64,000 nucleotides of DNA, taken from the NCBI RefSeq assembly GCF_049075655.1, contig NZ_CP157522.1, positions 1 to 64,000 of the forward strand, written 5' to 3'. The translations under genes and the position numbers were made by a program. Source of the stretch: Methanothermococcus sp. Ax23. GTDB lineage: Archaea > AGJL01 > Methanococci > Methanococcales > Methanococcaceae. Each line of letters begins with the position of its first letter. Positions within the stretch are counted from its first letter, which is position 1. Shown here piece after piece: positions 43,466-53,391 of the stretch. The notes under the pieces were generated by a model. It saw only the letters and a program-made list of their open reading frames with translations, had not been told where the DNA came from and searched no databases.

Positions 43466-46400
43466 ATGAAAGAGGTTAAAGGAACAGTTAATTTTAGAGA
43501 AATGGATAAAGAAATAAAAAAATTTTGGGAAGATAATGAAATATACCAAAAGGTAAAAAAACTAAACGAACACTATCCAGAATATTATTTTGTAGATGGT
43601 CCTCCATACTGTTCTGGTGCGATACATTTGGGAACTGCATGGAATAAAACAATAAAAGACACAGTATTGAGATTTAAGAGAATGCAAAATTATAATGTTC
43701 TCGATAAAGCGGGCTGGGATATGCACGGGCTTCCTATTGAAGTAAAGGTTGAAAATGAATTCAACATAAAATCAAAAAAGGACATTGAAACAAAAATTGG
43801 AACAACAGAATTTATTGAAAAATGTAAGGAATTTGCACTGAGAAATAAGGAAGTAATGGAGAATCAGTTTAAAAATTTAGGAATATGGCTTGACTGGGAA
43901 AATGCATACATGCCTATAAAAAACGACTATATAGAGTCAGGATGGTGGAGTTTAAAAAAGGCACATGAAAAAAATCTTCTTTCAAAAGATTTAAGGGTTG
44001 GATATTGGTGTCCAAGATGTGAAACTTCACTTGCAGAACATGAGGTAAGAGGAGAATATAAAGAAGTTCTCGACCCATCAGTTTATGTTAAATTTAAACT
44101 AATGGATGAAAAAGAAAAAGATACCTACCTTGTAATTTGGACAACAACACCATGGACTTTAATGTCAAATCTTCTTGTTTCAGTTCATCCAGATTTCGAT
44201 TATGCCTATGTTGAAGTTGTTTTAGAAAGAGATGGAGAAGAGATAAAAGAAACATGGATAATAGCTGAGGCATTAGTTGAGGAAGTGATGAAAAAGGCAG
44301 GTAAAAGCAACAATATAAAATCTTACAACATAATAAAGACAGTAAAAGGAGCGGATTTAGAAGGGATAAAATATATACATCCACTGCTGGAAGAAAACGA
44401 AAGACAGAAAGAATTTGCAGAAATCGAAAATGCCCATACTGTGGTATTGGGCGAGCATGTTAGTTTAGATGGTGGAACAGGTTTAGTTCATACTGCACCA
44501 GGGTTTGGTGAAGAGGACTTTGAAGTTGGTAAAAAATACGATGTTCCGATATATTCCCCAATAGATGACGAAGGAAGATATATAGAAGGAAAATGGAAAG
44601 GAACCTTTGTAAAAGATGCTGATGACGATGTAATAGAAACATTAAAAAATAAAAATCTCTTAGTTTCAGCTGGAAAGATAAAGCACACGTATCCGCACTG
44701 TTGGAGATGTAAAACACCACTTTTATTTAGAGCTACGGAGCAATGGTTCTTAACTATATCAAAGATAAAGGATGACATAATAGAGCATGCAAAAACCGTT
44801 GATTGGGTGCCAAACTGGGTAGAAACAAGGTATATAAATGGAGTTAAGTTCGTTGGAGACTGGAATATATCAAGGCAGAGATACTGGGGAATACCACTTC
44901 CAATATGGGTATGTGAAGAATGCGGAAAATATGAAGTTATAGGAAGTGTTGAAGAATTAAAGGAAAAAATGATAAACGACATTCCATTGGATGATTTGCA
45001 TAAACCAACAGTTGATAAGATTATTTTAAAATGTAGCTGTGGAAAGGAAATGAAGAGGGTGCCTGATGTTCTCGATGTCTGGTATGATTCAGGACTTGCT
45101 CCTTATGCTTCAATAAATGCCAAAGAACTTAAAAAAGCTGATTTCATCGTTGAAGGAAATGACCAAGTTACAAAATGGTTCTATTCCCAGCATGCATTAA
45201 GTGCAATTGTATTTAACGATATACCATACAAAAAATGTATGATGCACGGATTTGCACTTGATGAAAACGGAAACAAAATGAGTAAAAGTTTAGGAAATGT
45301 TGTAAATCCTGATGAAGTAGTGGAAGAGTATGGTGCGGATTTACTGAGGTATTATTTACTTAGTGCAAACAAGGCATGGGAAGATATAAGATTCTCATAC
45401 AATGAGCTCGGCGAGGTAAAAAGTTTATTCAATACACTTTGGAACTCATACACATTTGCAGTTAATTATATGGTGCTTGATAACTTTGTTCCAAATGAGG
45501 AATATATGAATTATTTAAGGGATGAAGATAAATGGATAATAAGCAAAATAAACAGCTTAACAAAGGAAATAATTGAGGATTTAGAAATTCCGCATCTCCA
45601 TTCATACACATGGAAATTAAGGGAATTCATACTTAATGATTTAAGCAGATGGTATATTAAACTCATAAGAAGCAGAACATGGATGGAGAAGGACGACCCT
45701 GACAAGCTTTCAGCATACCAAACATTATACTATGTTTTAATGAAATTGATTACAATCCTATCGCCAGTTGCACCGCACATAAGCGAAAAGATATATCAAA
45801 ACATGAAAACAGAGGATATGCCAGAAAGTGTATTCATGAATAAAATAACTATTGATGAGGAACTCATAGACAGAACACTTGAAGAAGATATTGAGGTTGT
45901 AAGGGAAATTGTAGATGCCATATTGAGAGGAAGGGACAAGGTAAAACACACACTGAGGTATCCAATATCAAAAATAATACTTCCAAAGAGCATTGAAAAT
46001 GTAGTGGAAAAATACGGATATATCATAAAAGAACAAGGCAATGTTAAAGAAATAGATGTTGAAGAGTTCAAAGGAAACATGACTGTTAAGCCAAATTATA
46101 GAGAGCTCGGAAAGGTATTCAAAAGTGAAGTTCCAAATGTTGTAAAAATCATTAACTCCATGAATCCAAATGAGCTCAGTGAAAAATTGAAAGAAGAAGG
46201 AAAAATAACAATTGATGGATATGAGATAAAACCTGAATATGTTGAGTTTAAAATAGAAATTCCAGAAAACATTGTTGGTATGGAGTTTTCAAAAGGAAAT
46301 GTTTATATAAACATTGAACTAACTGAGGATATTATAAAAGAAGGGCTTATGAGGGAGGTAATTAGAAGAATCCAGTCAATGAGAAAAGATATGGATTTGG

Positions 46401-46588
46401 ATATTGAAGAGAAGATAAAGGTAAAAATGGAAGGCATTGAATTCAGTGAAGATACATTAAAATCCATTGAGAAAGAGGTTAGAGGAACATTCTTTGATGA
46501 AATAAAACCAGATTATGAACAGGAATGGGAAATAAAGACACCAAATAAGGAAGTTTATAGGATAAAAATAGGGGTAGAAAAATTATAA
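43466..46588 (+). CDS. ileS: isoleucyl-tRNA synthetase (archaeal type)
   Basis: DGPPY..HLGT, GWDMHGLP, WTTTPWT, ISRQRYWG, KMSKS. Confidence 0.98.
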   Translation: MKEVKGTVNFREMDKEIKKFWEDNEIYQKVKKLNEHYPEYYFVDGPPYCSGAIHLGTAWNKTIKDTVLRFKRMQNYNVLDKAGWDMHGLPIEVKVENEFNIKSKKDIETKIGTTEFIEKCKEFALRNKEVMENQFKNLGIWLDWENAYMPIKNDYIESGWWSLKKAHEKNLLSKDLRVGYWCPRCETSLAEHEVRGEYKEVLDPSVYVKFKLMDEKEKDTYLVIWTTTPWTLMSNLLVSVHPDFDYAYVEVVLERDGEEIKETWIIAEALVEEVMKKAGKSNNIKSYNIIKTVKGADLEGIKYIHPLLEENERQKEFAEIENAHTVVLGEHVSLDGGTGLVHTAPGFGEEDFEVGKKYDVPIYSPIDDEGRYIEGKWKGTFVKDADDDVIETLKNKNLLVSAGKIKHTYPHCWRCKTPLLFRATEQWFLTISKIKDDIIEHAKTVDWVPNWVETRYINGVKFVGDWNISRQRYWGIPLPIWVCEECGKYEVIGSVEELKEKMINDIPLDDLHKPTVDKIILKCSCGKEMKRVPDVLDVWYDSGLAPYASINAKELKKADFIVEGNDQVTKWFYSQHALSAIVFNDIPYKKCMMHGFALDENGNKMSKSLGNVVNPDEVVEEYGADLLRYYLLSANKAWEDIRFSYNELGEVKSLFNTLWNSYTFAVNYMVLDNFVPNEEYMNYLRDEDKWIISKINSLTKEIIEDLEIPHLHSYTWKLREFILNDLSRWYIKLIRSRTWMEKDDPDKLSAYQTLYYVLMKLITILSPVAPHISEKIYQNMKTEDMPESVFMNKITIDEELIDRTLEEDIEVVREIVDAILRGRDKVKHTLRYPISKIILPKSIENVVEKYGYIIKEQGNVKEIDVEEFKGNMTVKPNYRELGKVFKSEVPNVVKIINSMNPNELSEKLKEEGKITIDGYEIKPEYVEFKIEIPENIVGMEFSKGNVYINIELTEDIIKEGLMREVIRRIQSMRKDMDLDIEEKIKVKMEGIEFSEDTLKSIEKEVRGTFFDEIKPDYEQEWEIKTPNKEVYRIKIGVEKL

Positions 46589-46711
46589 GGTTCCAGCCGA
46601 AGCGATAGCGAGGCTGGAATTTTGGATGCACACTTTTTTAAAGGGTGCATAAAAACGCCTTCCGAAACTGTTATATATTAGATGGGTGTTAGTTATTATT
46701 GGTGAGTAAAT

Positions 46712-47341
46712 GTGAGTTTAGAAAGAGTATATACGATGAAGGAAGCTTGTGAATTGTTGGGAGTTCATATAAAAACACTACAAAAATGGGATAGGGAGGG
46801 AAAAATTAAATGTGTTAGAACCATAGGAGGAAAGAGAAGAGTTCCAGAGAGTGAGATAAAACAAATCTTAGGAATTAAAGACAAAGAACAAAGAAAAATT
46901 ATCGGATATGTAAGAGTATCATCAAATACACAAAAGGATGATTTAGAAAGACAAATGGACATGATAAAATCATACGCAAGAGATTTAAATTGGAATGTGG
47001 AAATATTAAAAGATATTGGTAGTGGATTAAATGAAAAGAGGAAAAACTACAAAAAACTTTTAAAAATGGTTATAAACCGAGAAGTTGAGAAAGTAATAAT
47101 TACTTACCCAGATAGATTGACGAGATTTGGTTTTGAAACATTAAAAGAATTCTTCAAATCTTATGGAACAGAGATAATTGTTATTAATAAAAAATATAAG
47201 ACACCACGAGAAGAGTTAGTAGAGGACTTAATAACTATCGTCTCCCATTTCGCAGGAAAATTATACGGAATGCGTTCCCATAAGTATAAAAAACTTACAA
47301 AAACCATTCAAGAAATTGTAAGTGATAATAATGCCAAATAA
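46712..47341 (+). CDS. tnpA: IS607 serine recombinase TnpA (MerR-HTH plus resolvase)
   Basis: N-terminal [35 protein letters not shown]. Confidence 0.95.
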   Translation: MSLERVYTMKEACELLGVHIKTLQKWDREGKIKCVRTIGGKRRVPESEIKQILGIKDKEQRKIIGYVRVSSNTQKDDLERQMDMIKSYARDLNWNVEILKDIGSGLNEKRKNYKKLLKMVINREVEKVIITYPDRLTRFGFETLKEFFKSYGTEIIVINKKYKTPREELVEDLITIVSHFAGKLYGMRSHKYKKLTKTIQEIVSDNNAK

Positions 47342-48638
47342 AAACAAAATCCCAACCGAAATCATCCTAACATACAAAGTTAAACACAATTACGATTTAA
47401 AAAACCTACCAGAAGAATTTCTAAAAATCTCAAATGAAGCCATTAATATTATTTGGAAAAATATAAATTGGAAAGAAAAGACAATTAAACATCGATACAA
47501 AGTAGGAAAGAAATACAAATACTACAAAACTACTCGACTAATCCCAGAAATTCCAAAGGATAATGATTTCAAAAGAGAGTTAAGAAATCACTCATTAAAA
47601 GGTTGGGAGTTTGCATCTCATTATATCGATGGAGCTATTAAAACCGCCTACTCTACAATAAACAGTTGGAAATCAAATTATTTAAACGGTAACAGGGAAA
47701 TAAACAAACCAACATTCAAAAGACCTTTTGTTAGAGTTAAAAACACCCTAATAAGACATGATAAAGAAAATGGAAATATAAGAATTACCATAAAACCGAG
47801 AAAGGAGTATTTGGTTTTAAATATTAAGGATGCGTGGTTCTACGAAAAAATTAAGAACTTTAATGTTGGAGAGGTTATTTTAAAGGATAATGAGGCATTA
47901 ATAACCTTCAAAAGACAGTTGGATTTATCTGATAAGGAAGTAATTATTGGAATTGATAGTAATTTAAAGTCATTGGACTTATATCACTCAGAAAAAGGTT
48001 GGATTAGAGTTGATTTGTCTGAATTGCATAGGATTAAGGGGATTTATGATGTAATAATCGATAGGTTAAAATCAATCTATAAAAAAGCCCCTAAGAGGAT
48101 TAGCAAACTACTTAGAAAATACTGGAATAGGAGAAAAAATCGAGTTAATGATTTTATTAACAAACTCACTTCCCAACTATCTAAACTCTTTCCTAATGCA
48201 ATTTTAGTATTTGAAGATTTAGATAAGTTTAACATGTATGGTAAAAACTCTAAATTCAATAGGGATTTAGATAGAAGTAATTGGAGAAGAATAGCTGGGA
48301 AATTAGAGTATAAGAGTGTTGTTGTTTATGTTAATCCCCACTACACTTCAAAAACCTGTCCCGTATGCGGGAGTAGAATGGAGTCCCAAGAGGGGGAGGT
48401 TGTTAAATGCAATAATTGTGGGGATTTTAATAGGCAATTTGTTGGTTGTTTTAATGTATTTAAAAGAGGAATTAAATTAGTTGAAAAATTATTAGGCGGA
48501 GTTGGGGTTCCCGTGACTGGGGTGAAGGTCGATGATTTACTCTCCGATGAACCCAGAGGAGAGTTGAGATTGATGCCACCCAATCCCGATGTGAGTTATA
48601 TTGTAGATTTAAATGGTAGAGCTCTTTTACAAGTATAA
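47331..48638 (+). CDS. tnpB: TnpB RNA-guided nuclease family protein
   Basis: RuvC-I IGIDSN, Ruv[22 protein letters not shown] zinc finger; RuvC-III position reads NRQ rather than xRD. Confidence 0.9.
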   Translation: MPNKNKIPTEIILTYKVKHNYDLKNLPEEFLKISNEAINIIWKNINWKEKTIKHRYKVGKKYKYYKTTRLIPEIPKDNDFKRELRNHSLKGWEFASHYIDGAIKTAYSTINSWKSNYLNGNREINKPTFKRPFVRVKNTLIRHDKENGNIRITIKPRKEYLVLNIKDAWFYEKIKNFNVGEVILKDNEALITFKRQLDLSDKEVIIGIDSNLKSLDLYHSEKGWIRVDLSELHRIKGIYDVIIDRLKSIYKKAPKRISKLLRKYWNRRKNRVNDFINKLTSQLSKLFPNAILVFEDLDKFNMYGKNSKFNRDLDRSNWRRIAGKLEYKSVVVYVNPHYTSKTCPVCGSRMESQEGEVVKCNNCGDFNRQFVGCFNVFKRGIKLVEKLLGGVGVPVTGVKVDDLLSDEPRGELRLMPPNPDVSYIVDLNGRALLQV

Positions 48639-48682
48639 AAACTCACCAATACTCACATTGGGAAGACCCCTAGTAAGGAAGT
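48490..48682 (+). ncRNA. putative TnpB omegaRNA scaffold plus flanking guide
   Basis: GC-rich stretch overlapping the tnpB 3' end up to the right end; position inferred from known TnpB loci, boundaries approximate. Confidence 0.45.
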
Positions 48683-48728
48683 TTATAAGATAAAAATAAT
48701 GCTTGAAAGAACAAATAATAAAAATTAA
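48663..48728 (+). pseudogene. displaced second copy of the ileS 3' end
   Basis: encodes KTPSKEVYKIKIMLERTNNKN* versus ileS KTPNKEVYRIKIGVEKL*; 32/36 nt identical to 46535-46570. Confidence 0.8.
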
Positions 48729-48812
48729 TTTATTTTATTTAAAATCTTTTAGAAACACTTAAATACTATTTTATCATATATGCATGATAAATTCTCAAAT
48801 CTCGGTGAAATT

Positions 48813-49979
48813 GTGGATATATATTTAATGTTTTTTATAATAATTACATCCATATTTATAATGCCCATTATATTAAAAAGGTTTAATATTCCAGGTATTA
48901 CATCAGTAATGCTGGCGGGTATTCTTATTGGACCTTATGGGCTTGGGTTAATAGACATGAACGAAGCATTAACTATATTTTCAGAATTTGGAGCAATTTT
49001 CCTAATGTTTTTAGCTGGAATGGAGGTTGATAACGAAACATTGAGAGAAGAATTTAAAAATTCAACAGTTGTAAGCCTGTTCTCTCTGGTAATACCTGCT
49101 ATTGGGGGATATATCATAGGAAAATTGTTTGGGCTTGATTTTATTGGTGCTTTGCTTTATGCGGCAATATTTTCATCACATTCCGTTGGTATAGTATATA
49201 GCTTAATGAACGAATTAAACTTAACAAAATCAAGATTTGGAACAACTGCACTGAGTGCCACAATAGTTGTTGATTTAGTAAGTTTAATTGTATTATCTGT
49301 AATAATAAAGATGAGCACGAATATCCAGAATTCTGATATATTCTATTTTATACTGATGGTATTGCTGTATATCTCAGGACTCCTTCTGACGATACCCTAC
49401 ATTTCAAAAATAATATTCAAAAGATGTGCGCATCTCCACATTAAAAAAATACATTTTGTATTATTCATAATACTTGTTTCAATACTTGCTGGGGAGCTTA
49501 TAGGACTCCACCCAATCATTGGAGCATTTATTACTGGAGTGGCAGTTTCAGAGGCTCTTACAAAAGAGGAACATGACGAACTATTGAATAAAAATTTAAA
49601 TGCAATAGGATATGGTTTTTTTATACCTATATTTTTCCTCACATTGGGTATGACTACGGACATTAGAGTATTAACTGATTTGAAGAACATCTGGTTGGTA
49701 TTGGCAACCATAGTTGGAGCCTCAATTCTAAAAGTGACTTCCGGATACTTCTCCTTTAAGCTTATTGGGTACGATAAAATAAAAAGCTTCTGCGGCGGGT
49801 TGCTAACTATACCAAAAATATCCGCTTCATTAGTAGCCGCATCAGTCGGTCTTGAACTCGGAATTATTTCAAGAGAATTTTTTGTCGCAATAGTAGTTCT
49901 GTCTCTGGTGAGCTCTATGATAACACCAATATTTGTTAAAAACCTTGTTGTCAAATATAATCGGGCATTTGTTGAATAA
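48813..49979 (+). CDS. cation:proton antiporter (CPA2/NapA-like)
   Basis: LAGILIGP, FLMFLAGME, IIGAFITG, FFIPIFF; many TM helices; GTG start after GGTGA. Confidence 0.88.
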   Translation: MDIYLMFFIIITSIFIMPIILKRFNIPGITSVMLAGILIGPYGLGLIDMNEALTIFSEFGAIFLMFLAGMEVDNETLREEFKNSTVVSLFSLVIPAIGGYIIGKLFGLDFIGALLYAAIFSSHSVGIVYSLMNELNLTKSRFGTTALSATIVVDLVSLIVLSVIIKMSTNIQNSDIFYFILMVLLYISGLLLTIPYISKIIFKRCAHLHIKKIHFVLFIILVSILAGELIGLHPIIGAFITGVAVSEALTKEEHDELLNKNLNAIGYGFFIPIFFLTLGMTTDIRVLTDLKNIWLVLATIVGASILKVTSGYFSFKLIGYDKIKSFCGGLLTIPKISASLVAASVGLELGIISREFFVAIVVLSLVSSMITPIFVKNLVVKYNRAFVE

Positions 49980-49989
49980 AAATAAAAAA

Positions 49990-50961
49990 TTAAAAAAATT
50001 CAAATCCAAATTCTTTTCGCATAAATCTTTTTCCTTTATTTAACTTGTATGTTAATTCCTTTTCAAATACATTATCAACCAAAAGTTTTGACAATGACGG
50101 GCTTATTTCCAAACCTGCTATGGATGTTGTTATTCTTGGATTTATTTCAAGTATGTATATATCATCACCATTTACAAGAACATCAACACCAACATAGCCG
50201 TTCAATCCATTTATTCTTTTTAATGCCTTCTCTGATTCTTCAATTATTTTATCTTTTAATGGATGAGATACGTTTATTTCACCGCCGCAGTATTTTTCAT
50301 CAATATATTGCTTATTTAAGCATAATGGATATATTTTTCTGTTAGAACCTCTATTTTGAACTATAAAACTTACGGAATATGATTCTCCTTCCACAAACTC
50401 TTGAATAATATGATTTTCATCTATTACTTGGTGAGCTCCCCCACATCCATCAACTTCTTTTGCGATATACTTTTTTAATGAAAATGTTTTTGGTGTTTTT
50501 ACATAATCTTTAATTTTATTATATGTTAAATATTTATTTCCCGCTATTTTAATGCCTTTTGAAGAGGAGCCTAAATTTATAACATTTTGTTCTTCAACAA
50601 TTTTAGTTAAATCGTATAGTATGTTATCACATTCTGGTGCAATTATTAACACCATATCTATATCTCTATTAGCCAGTAATTCATTCAATTTTGATTTATA
50701 ATCTTTTCCAGGCGTATATACTTCTAAATTAGGTATATTTTTTAATAAATTGAATGAAAACCTTCGGTTTTCATAGCTCTTCGCTTCGCTCCGATTGTAA
50801 TAATCTCTACTAGTTTTATCATCAACAATGGAAACAACAGAAAAACCATCATTTAAAAAGCTGTTAAGTAATTTATCAAACATTAATTTTCCTTCTTCAA
50901 AGATATTATTTTCTACGATTTCACCGCTACCTACGGCATATTCAAAAAGCAATATCTTCAT
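49990..50961 (-). CDS. mfnD: ATP-grasp tyramine-L-glutamate ligase (methanofuran biosynthesis)
   Basis: MKILLFEYA, IIAPE, DGCGG, GYVGVD, EINPRITTS; carries an in-frame palindromic insert. Confidence 0.8.
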   Translation of the reverse strand: MKILLFEYAVGSGEIVENNIFEEGKLMFDKLLNSFLNDGFSVVSIVDDKTSRDYYNRSEAKSYENRRFSFNLLKNIPNLEVYTPGKDYKSKLNELLANRDIDMVLIIAPECDNILYDLTKIVEEQNVINLGSSSKGIKIAGNKYLTYNKIKDYVKTPKTFSLKKYIAKEVDGCGGAHQVIDENHIIQEFVEGESYSVSFIVQNRGSNRKIYPLCLNKQYIDEKYCGGEINVSHPLKDKIIEESEKALKRINGLNGYVGVDVLVNGDDIYILEINPRITTSIAGLEISPSLSKLLVDNVFEKELTYKLNKGKRFMRKEFGFEFF

Positions 50962-51013
50962 AAAATCACCGAAAATAGCATTAAATTTAAAATTAAAAAA
51001 TAATATTTTTATA

Positions 51014-51370
51014 TTAATGATACCTTTTTATCTCATCAATAATGTATTCCATAGCCAAAAATGCCTCTTTTCTATGCCTTGCAAATACGTAATATGATGA
51101 AACAATTTCCCCAACGCCAAGAGTTCCTTTGTTGTGATATATGATTACATCTAAAAGATTAAATTTTTCAATTGCATCTTTTCTAATATCCACCAATTTA
51201 TCAAGAATATCAGGAATTTCCATCTTATCAGCAGGGACTTTTTCCCCTTCCTTAATCTCATAATTTCTTACAAATCCTGTAAATGAAGTATAACATCCCA
51301 TTTCTCCCTTATTATTTTCTATCAACTCATCGACTTTTTCTTTAAACTTTTCATAATCGCCAAATATCAT
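51014..51370 (-). CDS. moaE: molybdopterin synthase catalytic subunit MoaE-like
   Basis: FTGFVR, IYHNKGTLGVGE, ARHRKEAF. Confidence 0.82.
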   Translation of the reverse strand: MIFGDYEKFKEKVDELIENNKGEMGCYTSFTGFVRNYEIKEGEKVPADKMEIPDILDKLVDIRKDAIEKFNLLDVIIYHNKGTLGVGEIVSSYYVFARHRKEAFLAMEYIIDEIKRYH

Positions 51371-51382
51371 TTTTTCACCAAG

Positions 51383-52219
51383 TTATTTAAATGAATTACA
51401 AATCGCCTTTTTCATAACATCAATATTTGGTTTAACGCCCGTCCATATCTCAAAAGAGATTGCCCCCTGATACACCAACATCCCGAGCCCATTGATTGTT
51501 TTTGCTCCCTGTTTTTTTGCCTCTCTTAAAAGGACGGTTTCTTCTGGATTATATATTAAATCCATTACAACCATATTTTCTTCAATTTTATTGGTATCTA
51601 TTATAGGTTGCACATTAACATTTGGATACATACCTATCGGTGTGGTGTGAATAATTATATCGAAATCACCAATATCTATATTTAAATTATTGTAATATAT
51701 ATGTTTATTTAATTTTTCAGATATTTCTTTTGCAAGGAGCTCCGCTTTTTCAACAGTCCTATTTATAATTGTCAAGTGATTGTTTTTTGCAAGTTCAAAT
51801 GCCACGGCTCTTGCAGCCCCGCCTGCACCAATTATCAATATATTTTTATTCTCTACCTTCCCGATTTCTTCTTCAAGGGACATTCTTGCCCCTAACCCAT
51901 CGGTGTTATATCCTATCGCTCTATCCTTTTCTATCTTTACAGTATTTACTGCACCTATGAGCTCAGCCTCTTTATCTATTTCATCAAGGTATTTCATTAT
52001 TTCCACTTTATGTGGAATGGTTATATTAAATCCACCTACTGTCCCAAGAGATTTTACTCCATCAACAACATATTTCAAATTTTCGGGAAGAACATCAAAT
52101 GCGAGATAAACATAATTTAGATTTTTATCCCTTAATGCCTCATTATGCATTATTGGAGATAAGGAATGTTCAACAGGATGACCTATAAGTCCCAAAAGTT
52201 TAGTTTTTGAATCTATCAT
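51383..52219 (-). CDS. aroE: shikimate dehydrogenase
   Basis: HSLSPIMHN, NITIPHK, GAVNT, NTDG, GAGGAARA. Confidence 0.96.
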   Translation of the reverse strand: MIDSKTKLLGLIGHPVEHSLSPIMHNEALRDKNLNYVYLAFDVLPENLKYVVDGVKSLGTVGGFNITIPHKVEIMKYLDEIDKEAELIGAVNTVKIEKDRAIGYNTDGLGARMSLEEEIGKVENKNILIIGAGGAARAVAFELAKNNHLTIINRTVEKAELLAKEISEKLNKHIYYNNLNIDIGDFDIIIHTTPIGMYPNVNVQPIIDTNKIEENMVVMDLIYNPEETVLLREAKKQGAKTINGLGMLVYQGAISFEIWTGVKPNIDVMKKAICNSFK

Positions 52220-52385
52220 ATTATCACTTTTTTCTTTTCTTTTTTCTTTCTTTTTTTATTATTTTTTTATATATTAATAATATATAAAAAGTTAAATTTA
52301 ATATAATTAATAATATGCAATATAAATTGTATAAATTATGTTAATATTGTAAATAAAAATATAAATAATGGATGGGATTTAAAAA

Positions 52386-53390
52386 ATGGAAGCGCTAGAA
52401 CGGATAAAATTAGGAATTGGAATAATAGGAACGATTATATTATTGGCAACCATCGGACTCATGTATTTTGAGGGTTGGGATTTTTTTACAGCGTTATATG
52501 TCGCAATAATCACAATATCCACCGTAGGATATGGTGACATAATTCCCACTACATTTGAAGGAAGAGTTTTAACATTGGTATATATTATATGCGGTGCTGG
52601 GGCAATGGCATACACATTTGCATCCATTGCAGGATTTTTTATAGAAGGGCAGTTTAAAAAAATTATAAGGTTGAAAAAAATGCAAACCAAATTAAAAATG
52701 ATAAATGGACATTACATTATATGTGGATTTGGAAAGATTGGAAAATTTGTGGCAAAAAAATTTGATGATGCAGGAGTTCCTTTTGTTGTAATTGACATGG
52801 ATGAAAAAAAGATTTTAGATGGGCTCGACAATTATAAAAATATGATATACATTGTTGGTGATGCAACATCAGATGATATATTAAATAGGGCTGGTGTAAA
52901 AAGAGCCAAGGGGTTGGTTGCAACTGTCAACTCAGATGCTGAAAATTTATTCATCACCCTATCAGCGAAGGAGCTCAACCCCAATATCTATGTTGTTGCC
53001 AAGGCAGAGAATAATGCCACTATTGACAAACTTTTGAAAGCAGGTGCAGATAGGGTAGTATCACCATATAGTATTGGAGGTTTAAGAATGGCAGAAATGG
53101 CTTTAAGACCTGAGATTTTAGATTTTGTAACTACTTTAATGGACACCACTCGTGATATGGAAATAGGAAGATTTACAATCTCGCCACAATCTGAGATTGT
53201 GGGGAAAACTCTTTATGACTCTAAAATACGGCAAAAAACAGGTGCAACAATCCTTGCCATAAAAAAGAAAAACGATAACGTGATTGTTAACCCAAGTCCC
53301 GATATTGTTTTAGATGAACGGGATGTTATATATGCATTTGGAACCAAAAAACATCTTGAAGAGCTCAAAAAAATATTGAAAGATATTTAA
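52386..53390 (+). CDS. 2-TM potassium channel with RCK (TrkA-N/TrkA-C) domains
   Basis: TVGYGD selectivity filter, ICGFGKIG, GDAT. Confidence 0.92.
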   Translation: MEALERIKLGIGIIGTIILLATIGLMYFEGWDFFTALYVAIITISTVGYGDIIPTTFEGRVLTLVYIICGAGAMAYTFASIAGFFIEGQFKKIIRLKKMQTKLKMINGHYIICGFGKIGKFVAKKFDDAGVPFVVIDMDEKKILDGLDNYKNMIYIVGDATSDDILNRAGVKRAKGLVATVNSDAENLFITLSAKELNPNIYVVAKAENNATIDKLLKAGADRVVSPYSIGGLRMAEMALRPEILDFVTTLMDTTRDMEIGRFTISPQSEIVGKTLYDSKIRQKTGATILAIKKKNDNVIVNPSPDIVLDERDVIYAFGTKKHLEELKKILKDI

Positions 53391-53391
53391 A

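Larger units (their letters stand above)
46684..48662 (+). mobile_element. IS607-family insertion sequence (left end uncertain)
   Basis: tnpA plus tnpB; ATTGGTGAGT and AATGTGAGT at left (46698-46717) recur inverted at right (48641-48659), followed by GGG. Confidence 0.85.

Noticed and set aside
46535-46570. Reading the ileS tail similarity as an ordinary target-site duplication
   Set aside because: IS607 makes no TSD, the copies differ at several sites and in their last codons, and the left copy is over 100 bp from the likely left end.
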